64,000 bases of DNA from an uncultured Gemmatimonadaceae bacterium (GTDB lineage: Bacteria; Gemmatimonadota; Gemmatimonadetes; Gemmatimonadales; Gemmatimonadaceae): NCBI GenBank assembly GCA_963829055.1, contig CAWHHI010000004.1, positions 512,001 through 576,000 of the forward strand. Direction: 5' to 3'. A model generated the notes under the pieces. The model saw only the letters and a list, made by a program, of their open reading frames with translations, did no database searches and was not told the origin of the DNA. The position numbers were made by a program, and so were the translations under genes. How positions within the stretch are numbered: position 1 is the stretch's first letter; each line of letters begins with the position of its first letter. Below, in pieces: positions 25,629 through 37,173 of the stretch.

Positions 25629-26276
25629 TCAGGGTGTCTTCGGCTGGCCTCGATCCGCGCTGGCGCGCACGATCTCGTCGATTTCCTTGGCGGCGCGGTC
25701 GAGTGACTCGCGGATCTTGGCGACCGCTTCCTTGTCGCGGAAAATCCGCGGCGCGCCGCGGTACGTCGCCTGGGCGACGTCCTTGATCGCGCGGTTCACG
25801 TCCATCATGCCGTCGCTGAGGAACGTCGCCCGAGCTCCGACATCCGCTCGAAGATGTCGTCGACGGCCGACTTGTTCTGAGCGAGGTAGGCGCGACCTTC
25901 GTCGGTGATCGAGTAGATCTTCTTGCCGCCTTCCTCGACGTTGACGCGGGCGTAGCCCATGTCCTCGAGCAGCGTCAGCGTCGGGTAGACGGTCCCCGCG
26001 CTCGGCGAGTACATGCCGCCGAAGCGCTCCTCGAGAGCCTTGATGATCTCGTACCCGTGCCGTGGCTTCTCCTCGAGCAGCTGGAGGATGACGTACTTGA
26101 GGTCGCCCTGCTCGAACATGCGACCACCACGGAATGGCCCGCCACGCCCGCGGCGTCCGCCGCCGAACCATCCCAATCGGGGTCGAAGCTCCAGCCGCGG
26201 CTGCCACCCCGGATCCGGGGCTACAGCCCATCCAGATGCTCCGTTCCACATACCGAGACTCCGGTGTACGATACAT
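25629..26276 (-). CDS. PadR family transcriptional regulator (frameshifted)
   Basis: GDLKYVILQLLEEKPRHGYEIIKALEE..YSPSAGTVYPTLTLLEDMG..KKIYSITDEG. Confidence 0.9.
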   Translation of the reverse strand: MYRTPESRYVERSIWMGCSPGSGVAAAAGASTPIGMVRRRTPRAWRAIPWWSHVRAGRPQVRHPPAARGEATARVRDHQGSRGALRRHVLAERGDRLPDADAARGHGLRPRQRRGRRQEDLLDHRRRSRLPRSEQVGRRRHLRADVGARATFLSDGMMDVNRAIKDVAQATYRGAPRIFRDKEAVAKIRESLDRAAKEIDEIVRASADRGQPKTP

Positions 26277-26280
26277 CGAA

Positions 26281-26305
26281 GATATATCGTCAGTGACGAT
26301 ATATC
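26281..26305. promoter_or_regulatory. Putative PadR operator (perfect inverted repeat)
   Basis: GATATATCGTCA-G-TGACGATATATC, AT-rich, immediately upstream of the likely padR start. Confidence 0.7.
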
Positions 26306-26732
26306 GCAAGAGTATCGCTTCGTCGGCAGACTGCATCTCGTTCGGGACGGCCATACGGTAAGGATCGGCTCGTGCAAGCTGCGTCTGCACCGTGCGACGA
26401 GTCGATCCGTCGATCCTCAGCATCCGTTCACCCGTTCGTCTGAGCGGCCTGAGCCCGTCACGTTCGGGTCGCCTCGCTTGGGCGCGTCAACGTTAGGCAA
26501 CGGCCGGTCGTGCCCGCGTAAGGCGTGCTCGCCGCTTCCGGCAATGTTGCGATACCAACTAGCAAGTCGATAGCAACGGGCTGATCCATTCGCGCCGAGA
26601 TCTATCGCATCGAGCTTCGCTGTACCTGGCTCGGCCATTCGTGACGGGCACAACGTTTGCCAAACACGTACCCACCTCGGCGGGAACGGGGCATAGCGAA
26701 GCGCGATGCACTACGCATCATCAGGAGGCAGC

Positions 26733-26934
26733 ATGTCGGACGATCTCCGCTCGAAAGGCGTAAAGAACGAGGTCACGGGCGCGGCGAAGGAAGCGGAAGG
26801 CAAGATCCGCGACGCAGCCGCCGACATCACCGGCGACGACAGCGAGAACCTCAAGGCCAAGAGCGAAGACAATGGAAGGCAAGATCCAGAAGAACTTCGG
26901 CAAGGCTCAGCAGGACGCGGACGACTCCGTCTAA
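26733..26934 (+). CDS. CsbD-like stress protein (frameshift ~26865)
   Basis: MSDDLRSKGVKNEVTGAAKEAEGKIRDAAADITGD..GKIQKNFGKAQ; GGAGG RBS upstream. Confidence 0.75.
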
Positions 26935-26960
26935 CGGCGGAAAAGCAGTACGAGGGAAGC

Positions 26961-27012
26961 GAAACGAGAAGCCCCCGACGCTCACGTGAGCGTCCCGGGG
27001 GCTTCTCGTTTT
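26961..27012. terminator. Bidirectional terminator between csbD-like and permease genes
   Basis: AAACGAGAAGCCCC-GACGCTCACGTGAGCGTC-GGGGCTTCTCGTTTT hairpin between convergent genes. Confidence 0.75.
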
Positions 27013-27038
27013 CTTTCCGATTCGATCCGAGTCCCGAG

Positions 27039-28264
27039 CTACTCGTACCGCAGCGCCTGGATCGGGTCGAGCATCGCCGCGCGTCGCGCCGGCCACACGC
27101 CGAACACCACGCCGACTGCCGCCGAGAACATGAACGCCATGATCACGGCCGACGACGAGATCTGCGTGTTCCACTGGAAGCTGCGGCTCAGCATGTAGGC
27201 CGTACCGGAGCCGACGGCGATCCCGACGATCCCGCCGAGGATGCAGAGCACGATCGCTTCGATCAGGAACTGCGACGAGGATATTCGTCCGCGTGGCGCC
27301 GAGTGCCTTCCGGACGCCGATCTCGCGCGTCCGCTCGGTGACCGACACGAGCATGATGTTCATGATCCCGATGCCGCCGACGACGAGGCTCACCGTCGCG
27401 ATGCCCGCGAGCAGCAGACCGAACACGGCCGTCGTCTCGCCTAACGTGTTCAGGAAGTCGGACTGATTTCGGATGTTGAAGTCGTCTTCCTTTCCCGGCC
27501 GCAGGCGGTGCTCACGACGCAGCACCTTCTGAATCTCCGCCATCGCCAGCGGAATGTCGGTCTTCGCTGCTCGCGAGCACGTTGATCGAGCGAAGCCGGT
27601 CGGTGCCCATCGCGCGGAAGCGCGCGGTGTTGAGAGGAATGAGCACCTGCTCGTCGGGATTCCCGAAGCCCGACGCCCTGACCCTTGCTCTTGAGCACGC
27701 CGATCACGTCGAACTGAATGCCGCGGATGCGCACCGTTCGCCGACGAGCGCGATCGGGTTGTCGAATCCGAGCAGCTGCGCCACCGCCGGCCCGACGACC
27801 GCGACTCGGGCGCGCGCGGCGTCGTGACGCCGGGGTGAACATCTGCCCGGCCGTCGAGCTCGTACTTCCGAACCTCGAGGTAGTTCGGCGTCGTGCCGAT
27901 GATGGACGTGTTCGCGTTCCGATTGTTGTACTGAATCTGCAGCTGACGCTGCATCTCGGGCTGCACAGCGAGTGATGTGCTCGGCGTGCTCCTCGATTGC
28001 CTTCGCATCGTCCATCGTCATCTTCTGCTGATCGCCGCTCCGAATGCCACCCATGCCGAACGCCTGCCCCGGCATGACCGTCAGCAGCGTCGTCCCTAAC
28101 GCGGAGATGCGGTCCTTCACGGCCTTCTGCGCGCCGTTGCCGAGCGCGATCACGGCGATGACCGCGGCGACGCCGATCACGATGCCGAGCATCGTGAGGA
28201 GCGAGCGCAGCTTGTTCGCCCTGAGCGCGCCGAGCGCGACGCTGATGATCTCGCCGATGAGCAT
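27039..28264 (-). CDS. MacB/FtsX-like ABC transporter permease (no NBD), frameshifted
   Basis: LRANKLRSLLTMLGIVIGVAAV, GGIGIMNIMLVSVTERTREIGVRKALGA, PARRAAMLDPIQALRYE. Confidence 0.9.
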
Positions 28265-28274
28265 CGGTGTCTCG

Positions 28275-30157
28275 TTAGGGTCTGGCCTGACCGCCGCCGC
28301 CGGCGGCGCCGCCACGGCACCACCGCCGGCGCCGCCCGGCGCCGCGGCACCACCGCGTGGCGGCGTGAGGCCCGGCATACCACCCATGCCGCGGATGCGG
28401 TTGTTCTGCTCGTCGCGCTTCGCCTGCATCGCGGCGGCAGCGAGCAACGCGACCTGCTCGCCTTCCTTGATTCCGCTCACGACTTCGGTGTAGTCGAAGT
28501 TGCCGACGCCCAGCCGCACGATGCGCGGCTTGTACGTCGCCGTTCTCGGCGACGAAGACGAGGCTCGGACGCGGGCGCCGCGCCGGAAACTCGCCGGCCT
28601 GCACGGGAGTGGATACGCCGCCGCCGCGCTCCGGCACGAAGCCGCGATCGCCCTGGCTGCCCTGGCCCGCGCTGACCACGTCCAGCGACCTGTCGGCCGC
28701 CGCGGCCCGCTGAGTCGCCACCCGCACGCTGGCGGTCACGCATGCGACATGCGCCGGCGACGCGCGCATCGACGCCGGCGGATTCATAGATCTTCTGCGA
28801 CTCGGTGCGCATCTGCCTGGAAGTCGAGCTCTCCGCTCTGCACGCGGCCGCGGAGTCCGACGAGCTTCTGCTCCGCGTCCGGATGCTTCGCGAACGCGGC
28901 CTTCACGGCGTCGCAGTCCTTGTCGGTCACTTCGGGCATCTGGCCGCGTCCACCGCGACCCTGCTGGTCGCCCTGGTTCCCCTGGTCGCTCGCCAGCATC
29001 ACTTCGCCGCGTGACACGTTCGGCGTGGTCGCCCCGGTCGGCGCGGCGCCGCCGTTGCCGCCACCCTGACGTCCACCCATACCGCCGTTCATTCCGCCAC
29101 CGCCCATCGACGCCATCTGCGTGCGGATCTGCGCCTGTACCGAGTCCGGGTTGAGGCCGAGTGCCGCCGCCGCGGTCGCAGCTTCACGGACGTTGCGGAT
29201 CGCGTCGTTAGGTACCGCGACGCACGTTGTCGCGGCGGTCGATCAGGATGGACACCTCGCCGTTCATTCCCGGCTTGAGCAGTCCCTCGACGTTCGAGAT
29301 CGTGATGAGCACCGGGAACATCGTGACGCTTTGCTGCACGACCGCCTGGGGCTCGATCTTCTCCACCGTGCCGCGAAATGGCCGGTCGGGATAGGCATCG
29401 ACGGTGACCGTCGCGGCCATGTTCGGCTGGATCGTGCCGATGTCCGCCTCGGTCACGAGCGCACGCACTCGAACCTTGTTGAGGTCGGCCATCTTGATCA
29501 GCGTCGTGCCGCCGCCGAGACGAGCTCGTGCCCGACGTGATCACCTGGCCGAGGGAGACCGTCTTCTCGATGACCGTACCGGAGATCGGCGCGCGGACCG
29601 TCGCGTCCTCGAGGCGCTGCTGCGAAAGATCCAGGTTCGTGCGTGCGCGAACGAGCGCCGCCTGCGCGTTCGCGTAGTCGAGCACGGACGCTCTCCTGTT
29701 CCTGCGCGGTGATGATGCGTGCCTTGAAGAGATCGTCGGAGCGCTTCTTCTGCGACTCGGACACCTGCAGCTTCGCCTCTGCCGCGCGCACGTCGGCCAT
29801 CGACTGATCGTACTGGTTCTTCACGTCGCGCGTGTCGAGCTGAACGATGAGATCGCCCGGCTTGACCAGCGTCCCCGTCTCGACCGGCATCTGCGTGATC
29901 TGTCCCGACGCCTTGGACTTCACCTCGACGACGTTGATCGGCTCGACGGCGCCGGTGGCCGATGCATCGACGACGATGTCCCGTCGGTCGATGGCGGCGG
30001 TCGGGATCGGGACGGTCGACGCCTTCTTGCTCGTGCAGGCAACGACCGTCACGGCCGCAGCCGCGAGGCCGACGACGAGGGAGTGCGTGAAGCGTTTCAA
30101 CGGAGTAAGCCTCGGGGAGAGGACATGTGAGTCGTTAGGGTGCGGTCGAGGAGACAC
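28275..30157 (-). CDS. MacA-like efflux periplasmic adaptor subunit (frameshifted)
   Basis: ATGAVEPINVVEVKSKASGQI, VRAPISGTV, VTVDAYPDRPFRGTVEKIEP, LKPGMNGEV, LGVGNFDYTEVVSGIKEGE. Confidence 0.85.
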
Positions 30158-30179
30158 GAGGTGGCGCTGATGCGCCTGC

Positions 30180-31478
30180 TCACATGTCCTTGCCGGTCAG
30201 CGTTTCGATCTGTGCCTTCGCCACGCGCGCATCGAAGCGCGCCTGGATCAGCGCGGAGCGCGCCTGGTTGAGCGTGACCTGCGAGCTGAGGACGTCGAGG
30301 AACGTGGACGCGCCGAGCTCATAACGACGCTGCTGGACCCGCAGGTCTTCGTCCGCCGCGGCGACCGACGCGAGCTGGATCTCCACCCGTTGCTGGGCGG
30401 TGCGGAACGCGCTGAGGTACTGCGTGAGCTGCTGCTGCGCGGCGAGCCGCGTGTCGCGGAGCAGTGCCTGCGCGTTGTTCTCCGTCACTCGAGACCTGAC
30501 GATCTGCTCCTCGCGCGCGCCCTGATTGAAGAATGGGAAATTGACATTCAGGCTCACGCCTTGGGAGTACGCAAACGGGTCGCTCCAGCCGAGGTATGGG
30601 TTGTAACCACTGCCGCCGCGATTAAACCGCAATGCGACGGTCGGCAGGTACGACGTCAACGATACACGTGCGTTCGCCCGTGCCGCGGAGTACACCTGTT
30701 CGGCCGTTTGCACCGCCGGTCCGCGAAGCGCGGCCGCTGCGATCTGCTCGCTGTCGGCGGCGAGCTCCATCGCCTCCGTCGTATCGCCCGCGGTGGCAGT
30801 GACGAGGAACGGCGTTGCGACGAGCCTGGTGAGCGAGGCGTTCGCGACGTTCAGGTTATTGCGAGCCTGCAAGAGCGCGAGCTGGCCGTTGCCGACCTGA
30901 ATGATGGCGCGCAACGAGTCGGACTTGGTCGCCGCGCCGGCGGCCACTTTGGCGCTCGCGGTCTTGAGCTGCTCCGTCGCCTGGTCGAGTTGGGCCTTTG
31001 CCGCCGACTCCGCTTCGCGCGCGGCGAGCACCGCGTAGTACTGCTGCTTCACGTTCAGCGACACGTTGTACTGCTGCAGCGTCTCGTTTGCCTCCGAAGC
31101 GTTGACGTTCGCCTTCGCGCTCTGAAGCCGAAACAGGCGGTTGCCGCCGTCGAACAGGTCGACGTTCATCGTCAGGCCCGTGGTGTACGATGTCTTGCCG
31201 TTGATCGAAATAAACTCGTTCCTCTCGCTCAATCGGTTGCCGCTCTGCTTGCTGGCGCCCGAGCTGAGCGACACCGTCGGAAGGTATGACAAGTACGCCG
31301 AGCGCACCGAGGCGGCGTTGGACCGCGTGGTACCCGCAGCCTGCACGGTCGTCGGCGAGTTTCGCTGCGCGAGCTGTACGGCTTCGCTGAGGCTAATAGG
31401 GTGTGCTACCGAATCGGCGCCCGCTTGAGCAGCGAGCGCCGTGGGGAACAGCAGAATCGTTAGGCCGAAACGTTTCAC
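30180..31478 (-). CDS. TolC family outer-membrane efflux protein
   Basis: Intact 432-aa ORF; signal peptide; LSEAVQLAQRNSP, RYELGASTFLDVL. Confidence 0.9.
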   Translation of the reverse strand: MKRFGLTILLFPTALAAQAGADSVAHPISLSEAVQLAQRNSPTTVQAAGTTRSNAASVRSAYLSYLPTVSLSSGASKQSGNRLSERNEFISINGKTSYTTGLTMNVDLFDGGNRLFRLQSAKANVNASEANETLQQYNVSLNVKQQYYAVLAAREAESAAKAQLDQATEQLKTASAKVAAGAATKSDSLRAIIQVGNGQLALLQARNNLNVANASLTRLVATPFLVTATAGDTTEAMELAADSEQIAAAALRGPAVQTAEQVYSAARANARVSLTSYLPTVALRFNRGGSGYNPYLGWSDPFAYSQGVSLNVNFPFFNQGAREEQIVRSRVTENNAQALLRDTRLAAQQQLTQYLSAFRTAQQRVEIQLASVAAADEDLRVQQRRYELGASTFLDVLSSQVTLNQARSALIQARFDARVAKAQIETLTGKDM

Positions 31479-31847
31479 TTTGGGGTCTCCCGCTTCTCAC
31501 CCGGTTTCGGCTCTCGGAGGATCTGCTCGAAGCGGTCGAGCTGCTTCGGTGTCAGCAGGCCGCGGATCTGAGTGCGGCCACGCGATCGGATCGAGTCCAT
31601 CTGAGGCTTGATCGGCTTGAAAAGCGAATCGAACTGCCGGTGGCGATCGTCGAGTATCGAGTCCCACGCCGCGCGTTGCATGGCGTTGAGCTCGAGGCGG
31701 TCATAGAGGAGCGCCCTGGAGGCGCGGGGGTCACTGCTGTAGGTCGCGTCGCGCATCCAGACGCGATCGGCCGTGAAGCCGAGTGCGCCGCCGACGAGCA
31801 CGGCACCGAGCAGAAACTCGATGGCGACATTCTTCGAACTGCTGCAT
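31475..31847 (-). CDS. Small membrane-anchored periplasmic protein (Spy/CpxP-like helical)
   Basis: TM LVGGALGFTADR, then LELNAMQR and LLTPKQLDRF. Confidence 0.55.
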
Positions 31848-31859
31848 TGCGTACCCTCG

Positions 31860-32246
31860 TCAGTAGCCCATGAGCGAGCGAAGCGTCGCGTCGCGCGTGC
31901 TGTGGCTCGGACCGCGAGCGATCGTCGGGCCCGCGACCGGAATCACTGACGCCGATTCCATCACGGCTTCGTACGCGAGCCGCTCCTGGGCTTCACGTTC
32001 ACGAAGCAGCGCGGCACCGGACAGCACGCCGGCGAGCACCGCCGCCGCGAGTCCGACACGTACCCACCCGTGGAACACGCCCCACCACTCGGGCGCTTCG
32101 CCGCCGCTGGCGATGCGCGCCATGATGCGCGATTCGAGCGTGTCCCAGTACGACGCGTTGGCCGCCGGCGACGCATAGACGTCGCGAAGCAGCTGCGTCA
32201 CTTCTTCGTCGCCCCATTCGTGAGGCGTCCCACGTTCGATCTTCAT
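31860..32246 (-). CDS. Putative anti-sigma factor
   Basis: Single TM segment; overlaps the ECF sigma stop; YWDTLESRIMARI. Confidence 0.55.
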   Translation of the reverse strand: MKIERGTPHEWGDEEVTQLLRDVYASPAANASYWDTLESRIMARIASGGEAPEWWGVFHGWVRVGLAAAVLAGVLSGAALLREREAQERLAYEAVMESASVIPVAGPTIARGPSHSTRDATLRSLMGY

Positions 32247-32839
32247 AGCTGGCTCCTGACGGCACTCAACGCCTGGCGCAGACGCGCCCGCGCATGGTGC
32301 AGATCCGACCGCGCGGTTCCCTCGGGAATACCGAGCAGCCGGCCGATCTCTGCGTGCTTGAATCCTTCCACGTCGTGTAACACGATCACCGCGCGCTGCC
32401 GCTCGTTCAGCGTCGACAACGCGACGGTCAATCTTCGCCGCAGCTCGGCGGATTCAGCCGGGTCGCGAAACGGAGACGCGATCGTATCTGTCAGGGCGTC
32501 GGCATCGCGGACCTTCTTGCGACGCGTGATGTCGAGCGCGGCGTTCGCGACGATGCGATTCAACCACGCACCGAACGCCTGGTCCGGCAGAAACCGATCG
32601 AGCGCGCGGAACGCGTGCAGAAACCCTTCCTGCACGGCGTCCTCCGCGTCCTCGTGCGTGAGCACGATGGCACGCGCGACCGCATACGCCCGTCGCTGAT
32701 GTAGACGCACCAGTGCCGCGAACGACTCGGTATCTCCGCGCTGGGCGGAAACCACGAGTTCGTGCTCGCGCTCGCGCGCCGTCGGTTCAGGCGGCGAGAG
32801 CACGGCAGACGGAAAATCGAACGTCAGAGCAAGCGTCAC
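32243..32839 (-). CDS. ECF (sigma-70 family) RNA polymerase sigma factor
   Basis: DAEDAVQEGFL, FGAWLNRIVAN, LHDVEGFKHAEIGRLLGIPEGTARSDLHHAR; start approximate. Confidence 0.9.
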   Translation of the reverse strand: MTLALTFDFPSAVLSPPEPTAREREHELVVSAQRGDTESFAALVRLHQRRAYAVARAIVLTHEDAEDAVQEGFLHAFRALDRFLPDQAFGAWLNRIVANAALDITRRKKVRDADALTDTIASPFRDPAESAELRRRLTVALSTLNERQRAVIVLHDVEGFKHAEIGRLLGIPEGTARSDLHHARARLRQALSAVRSQL

Positions 32840-32901
32840 GTAGGCGAGTGATCGGGTCGCCTTTAGAACGCGGCGCTGGGGTGAAGCGTTGACCCGCCAA
32901 C

Positions 32902-33508
32902 TCAACCTCCCGACGGCGATCCGGCGAGCCCCAACGACTCGGCCCGCGCCCGCATGGCATCGATCACAAACTGAATGTGCCAATCGAGGTCGACACCCAG
33001 ATCGGCGGCGCCGTTCACGACGTCATCCCGGTTCACGCCCCGAGCGAACGCCTTGTCTTTCATCTTCTTGCGCACCGACCGCGCGTCCACCTCGTGCACA
33101 CTCCGAGAGGGACGGACGAGGGCGGTCGCCGTGACCAGCCCGGTGAGCTCGTCGACCGCGAACAGGGTCTTGGCCATGCGTGTGACCCGCGGGACACCGG
33201 AGTAGCTGGCGTGCCCCAGAATGGCCTCGAGCACGTCGTCCGGGTAGCCCCGCTCACGCAGGACAGCGAACGCCAGCGGCTGGGTGCTCCTCCGTAGGCG
33301 AATGGGCGGCGTTGGGCCACCGCTCGTAGTCGAAGTCGTGCATGAGGCCCGCAAGGCCCCACCGCTCGACGTCTTCACCAAAGTGCTCGGCGTACGCGCG
33401 CATGGCTGCCTCGACCGCGTACATGTGCTTCCGGAGCGAGTCGCTCGCGGTGTATTCGTGCATGAGGGCCAGCGCGGCGTCGCGAGCTGGAAGCGCGGAA
33501 GTCGTCAT
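32902..33508 (-). CDS. HD-domain protein (frameshift ~33275)
   Basis: SLRKHMYAVEAAMR, GLMHDFDYE, AILGHA, LFAVDELTG, KKMKDKAFARGVNRDD. Confidence 0.85.
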
Positions 33509-33623
33509 CGAACCGATTGGACTGAAGGTCGTACGACGGGGCCGGTCCAGTAAGATTACGACTGTCGCGCGGGCGTCCAACCCCGAGCTGCGAACGGATG
33601 GGCGCGGGTGGGTGAACTACGTG

Positions 33624-34178
33624 TCAGGCTCGCGGCGAGAAGATCGCTTCGACCCGACAGCCATCCCGGACGGCCGCCTCGAGGGCGCTGCCCGGACACA
33701 CCAGATACGAATATCGGGCGGCCCGGAACACCGGCACGTCTGCCATGCTGTCGCCCATATAGTCGAAGGGCTGCGCTCCAAGGTGGGCGCGGATCGACTC
33801 GAGCTTGCCAGGCCCCTTCGCGTTGTGTCTCCCGTCGCTCGCGATGACGAAGTCGAACAGCTCCAGGTGCGCTGCCACAGCGTCGGCGATTCGCCGATCG
33901 CCGCCGTCGCGAGCAGGACTGGTCGCGCGGACGCACGCTCTCGGCGGACGAATGCCAACACGTCGGGTCGATAGGGCAGGGCATCGCGCCGGAAGCACGA
34001 CCCGCTCGCTCACGTAGCGCTTGAACCGCGCGCGGCCAGTCAGCACGACGAACGGCAGCACGGGCACGAGCCACGGTCGCGTCCGCGCGAGCAATCGCGC
34101 GAGCGAGAGATGCAGGGTGTCGCCGTCGATCAGCGTTCCGTCGAGGTCCACGATCAACGGAACGGCGTCGGCCGTCAT
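33624..34178 (-). CDS. HAD-like hydrolase resembling the N-terminal domain of UbiA prenyltransferase fusions (frameshifted)
   Basis: PLIVDLDGTLI, VIASDG..NAKG..K, FDYMGDSMADVPV. Confidence 0.75.
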   Translation of the reverse strand: MTADAVPLIVDLDGTLIDGDTLHLSLARLLARTRPWLVPVLPFVVLTGRARFKRYVSERVVLPARCPALSTRRVGIRPPRACVRATSPARDGGDRRIADAVAAHLELFDFVIASDGRHNAKGPGKLESIRAHLGAQPFDYMGDSMADVPVFRAARYSYLVCPGSALEAAVRDGCRVEAIFSPRA

Positions 34179-34337
34179 TCCGAGCGGAGCCGCGAAGCCT
34201 TGTCATGCCGAGCGAGCGAAGCCGGTGCCCACCGCAGGTGGCGCATGAGGAATCGAGACTCTGCTGGCTAGAGAGCCCTCTACCCGTATGGTCGCGATTC
34301 CTCGACTGCGGCCTGCGGCCTGCGCTCGGAATGACAC
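34174..34337. repeat. Palindromic REP/MITE-like element, copy 3
   Basis: GTCATTCCGAGCG and TGTCATGCCGAGCG left ends; GAGGAATC; TAGAGAGCCCTCTA; GATTCCTCGAC; GCTCGGAATGACAC. Confidence 0.85.
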
Positions 34338-34365
34338 GGCGCTCCACTCGCCGTTTCCGCCGACG

Positions 34366-35999
34366 TCAATGCGCGGGGCCGGTGCTGCCTCGGCCGCGGC
34401 CGGTCTTCCAGAGAAGCAGGAGCGGAAGGGCGCACAGCAGGATGATGCCGTTCAGCAGGTAGATCTTCGAGAACGCGAGCACGCTCGCCTGCGCCGAGAT
34501 CTGCCGGTCGAGGATGAAGAGCGCCTGCTGCTTGGCGACGATCGGGTTCACGCCGTGCGCCATGAGCCCGCGCGTGATCATGTCGAGGCGGCGCGCTGAC
34601 CCGCGATGTCGATCGCGCCGACGTGCTCGGTGAGCACCGCGTGGCGGGTGGCCGTGAAGCGCGACAGCAGCGTCGCCATGAGCGCGATGCCGAGCGAGCC
34701 GCCGAGCTGTCGCGTTAGGTTGTACAGCCCGGTGCCCTGCGCGAGCTGACGTGACCGATGAGCTCCGCCATCGACGCGCTCGTGAGCGGTACGAAGATGA
34801 GACCAAGGCCAACGCCACGGAGCACGAGTGGCCAGAACAGGTCACCGGTGCCGCTGTCGAGCGTGATCGCGACATCTGCCACATCGAAAACATGAACAGC
34901 CCCGACCCGGCGACGATCGTGTAGCGTGCGTCGAGCTTCTGCGCGTTCCTGCCGACGACCGCCATCGTGAACGCCGACGCGAGCGCGCCTGGCAGAATCA
35001 CCTTTCCCGTCTGCCACGCCGTGAATCCGTGCAGCGATTGCAGGAAGATCGGCAGCACGAACACGCCGCCGTAGAGCGCCAGACCGAGCACCGCGGCGAA
35101 CATGACGCCGGTCGCGAGCTGCCGGCTCTTCAGAACGCTGAAGTCGATGATCGGCTCTTCGGTCGTGAGCTCGCGCCAGATCAGCGCGACGCCCGACACG
35201 AGCGCCACGACGCCGAGCGTCGTCACGAAGCGCGATTCGAACCAGTCGTAACGCTCGCCGCGCTCGAGCATCCACTGCAGCGACCCGACCGTGAGCGCGA
35301 GCAGCAGGATGCCCGATGACGTCGATCGTTCTCGGCGCGCTCCTGATGCTCGGCGTTGCGCACGTACGCCATGACCATGATCGCGGCCAGGATGCCGAGC
35401 GGCACGTTGATGTAGAAGATCCACGGCCAGTTGTAGTTGTCGGTGATCCAGCCGCCTAACGTGGGACCGATCGTCGGTCCGACCATCACGCCGACGCCGA
35501 ACATCGCCTGACCGATGCCGGCCTCCTCCGGCGGGAACGACTCGAACAGCGTGGACTGCGCCGTGGAGAGCAGCGCACCGCCACCGAGCCCCTGAATGAC
35601 GCGCCACAGCATGAGCCCGCCGAGCGACGTCGCCGCGCCGCACATGAACGACGCGACCACGAACAGCATGATCGACCCGGTGAGATAGCGTCGACGGCCG
35701 AAGTACGCCGACAGCCATCCCGACATCGGGATCACGATGACGTTCGCGATGATGTAGCCGGTGGACACCCACGAGATCTCGTCGATCGTCGCGCCGAGGT
35801 TCCCCATCATGTGCGGGATGGCGACGTTCACGATCGACGTGTCGATGAGCTCGAGCACCGCCGCCAGCGTGACCGCGATGGCGATCAGGTACTTGTGCTT
35901 GTACTGGTCCTCGGCAGGCGCGACCGCCGGTGTGGCCGCCGCGGGCGCGTACGCCTCGGCGACCACGATCCCGGGGCTCTCGCTGACGGTCGTGCTCAT
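34366..35999 (-). CDS. DHA2 (EmrB/QacA) MFS efflux transporter (frameshifted)
   Basis: LELIDTSIVNVAIPHMMG, WVSTGYIIA, RVIQGLGGG, GPTLGGWITDNYNWPWIFYINVP. Confidence 0.92.
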
Positions 36000-36004
36000 C
36001 GATG

Positions 36005-37129
36005 CTACTGTTGTTTGGTTACGACGTGAGCTTCGACCGACATGCCTGGTCTGAGCGGTCGGCCTTCGCCGCACCCTCGCGTCACCCGAATGCGAACCGG
36101 CACGCGCTGCACGACCTTCGTGAAGTTGCCCGTCGCGTTGTCGGGCGGCAGCAGCGCGAACTTGGCACCGGTCGCCGCACCGATGCTCTCGACCTTGCCT
36201 TCCGCCTTGCAGCCTGCGTAGGCGTCGACGTCGATCTCGGCGGGGCTGCCGACGCGAACGTCGGCGAGCTGTGTCTCCTTGAAGTTCGCGGTCACCCAGA
36301 TGCCCGTGTCGGCGACGATCGTCAGCAGCGGCTGCCCGGGCTGAACGAGCTGACCGACCTCGACCTGCTTTCGCGACACGATGCCGGCGAGCGGTGCCGT
36401 GACCGACGTGTACGACAGCTGGAGCGCAGCGTTGTCGCGCGCAGCCTGTCGCGGCGCCGAGTCGGGCCGTGCGCGAAGCGCGCACCTGCTTCGGCGTTCG
36501 TGACACCAGCACCGGCGGCGCCAGCCTGACGCTGAACGGCATTCTCGTTGGCGATCGCGGCGTCGGCGGCGGCCTGCGCCGCGTCCAGCTGCTGCTTCGA
36601 CACGATCTGCTTGTCCGCGAGCTCCTTCATCCGCGCGAGATCGGACACCGCTTTCTGGCGGTTCGCCGCGGCCGCGGCGATCTGCGCATCGACGACCTGT
36701 CGCTGGCTCGCGGCGGTCTGCACCTGCGCTTCGGCCTGGCCCGTCACGCCTCGGCTTCCAGCGACGGACACCGCGGCAGCAAGGTCGGCGTCGGCCTGCG
36801 CGAGTCTGACCTTGTACTCGGCGTCGTCGATGTGGACGAGCTCGGCGCCTTCCTTCACGTGGTCGTTCTCACCGACGCGGACGGCGGTGACGAAGCCGCC
36901 GACCTTCGCGAGCACAGGCACCAGGTGCCCGTCGACCTGAGCGTTGTCGGTGGACTCGTGCGCGCGGCCGTAGCTCCATTTGCGTACGGCCCAGATGATG
37001 GCGAGCAAGCGCGAGGATGCCGACGATCGGCAGGATGAACTTTCGACGCGACGGCTTCGGCGGCTCGGAGGCAGGTGCAACGCGGAAACCGGACGGAGCG
37101 GATTGTTCTTCAGAGAGAGCGGTAGCCAT
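36005..37129 (-). CDS. EmrA/HlyD family membrane fusion protein (frameshifted)
   Basis: ESTDNAQVDG, ANFKETQL, FALLPPDNATGNFTKVVQRVPVRI, LRPGMSV. Confidence 0.92.
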
Positions 37130-37173
37130 GGATCGTGTCGTTATGCGAGTGATTCAACCATTCCGATCGAACG

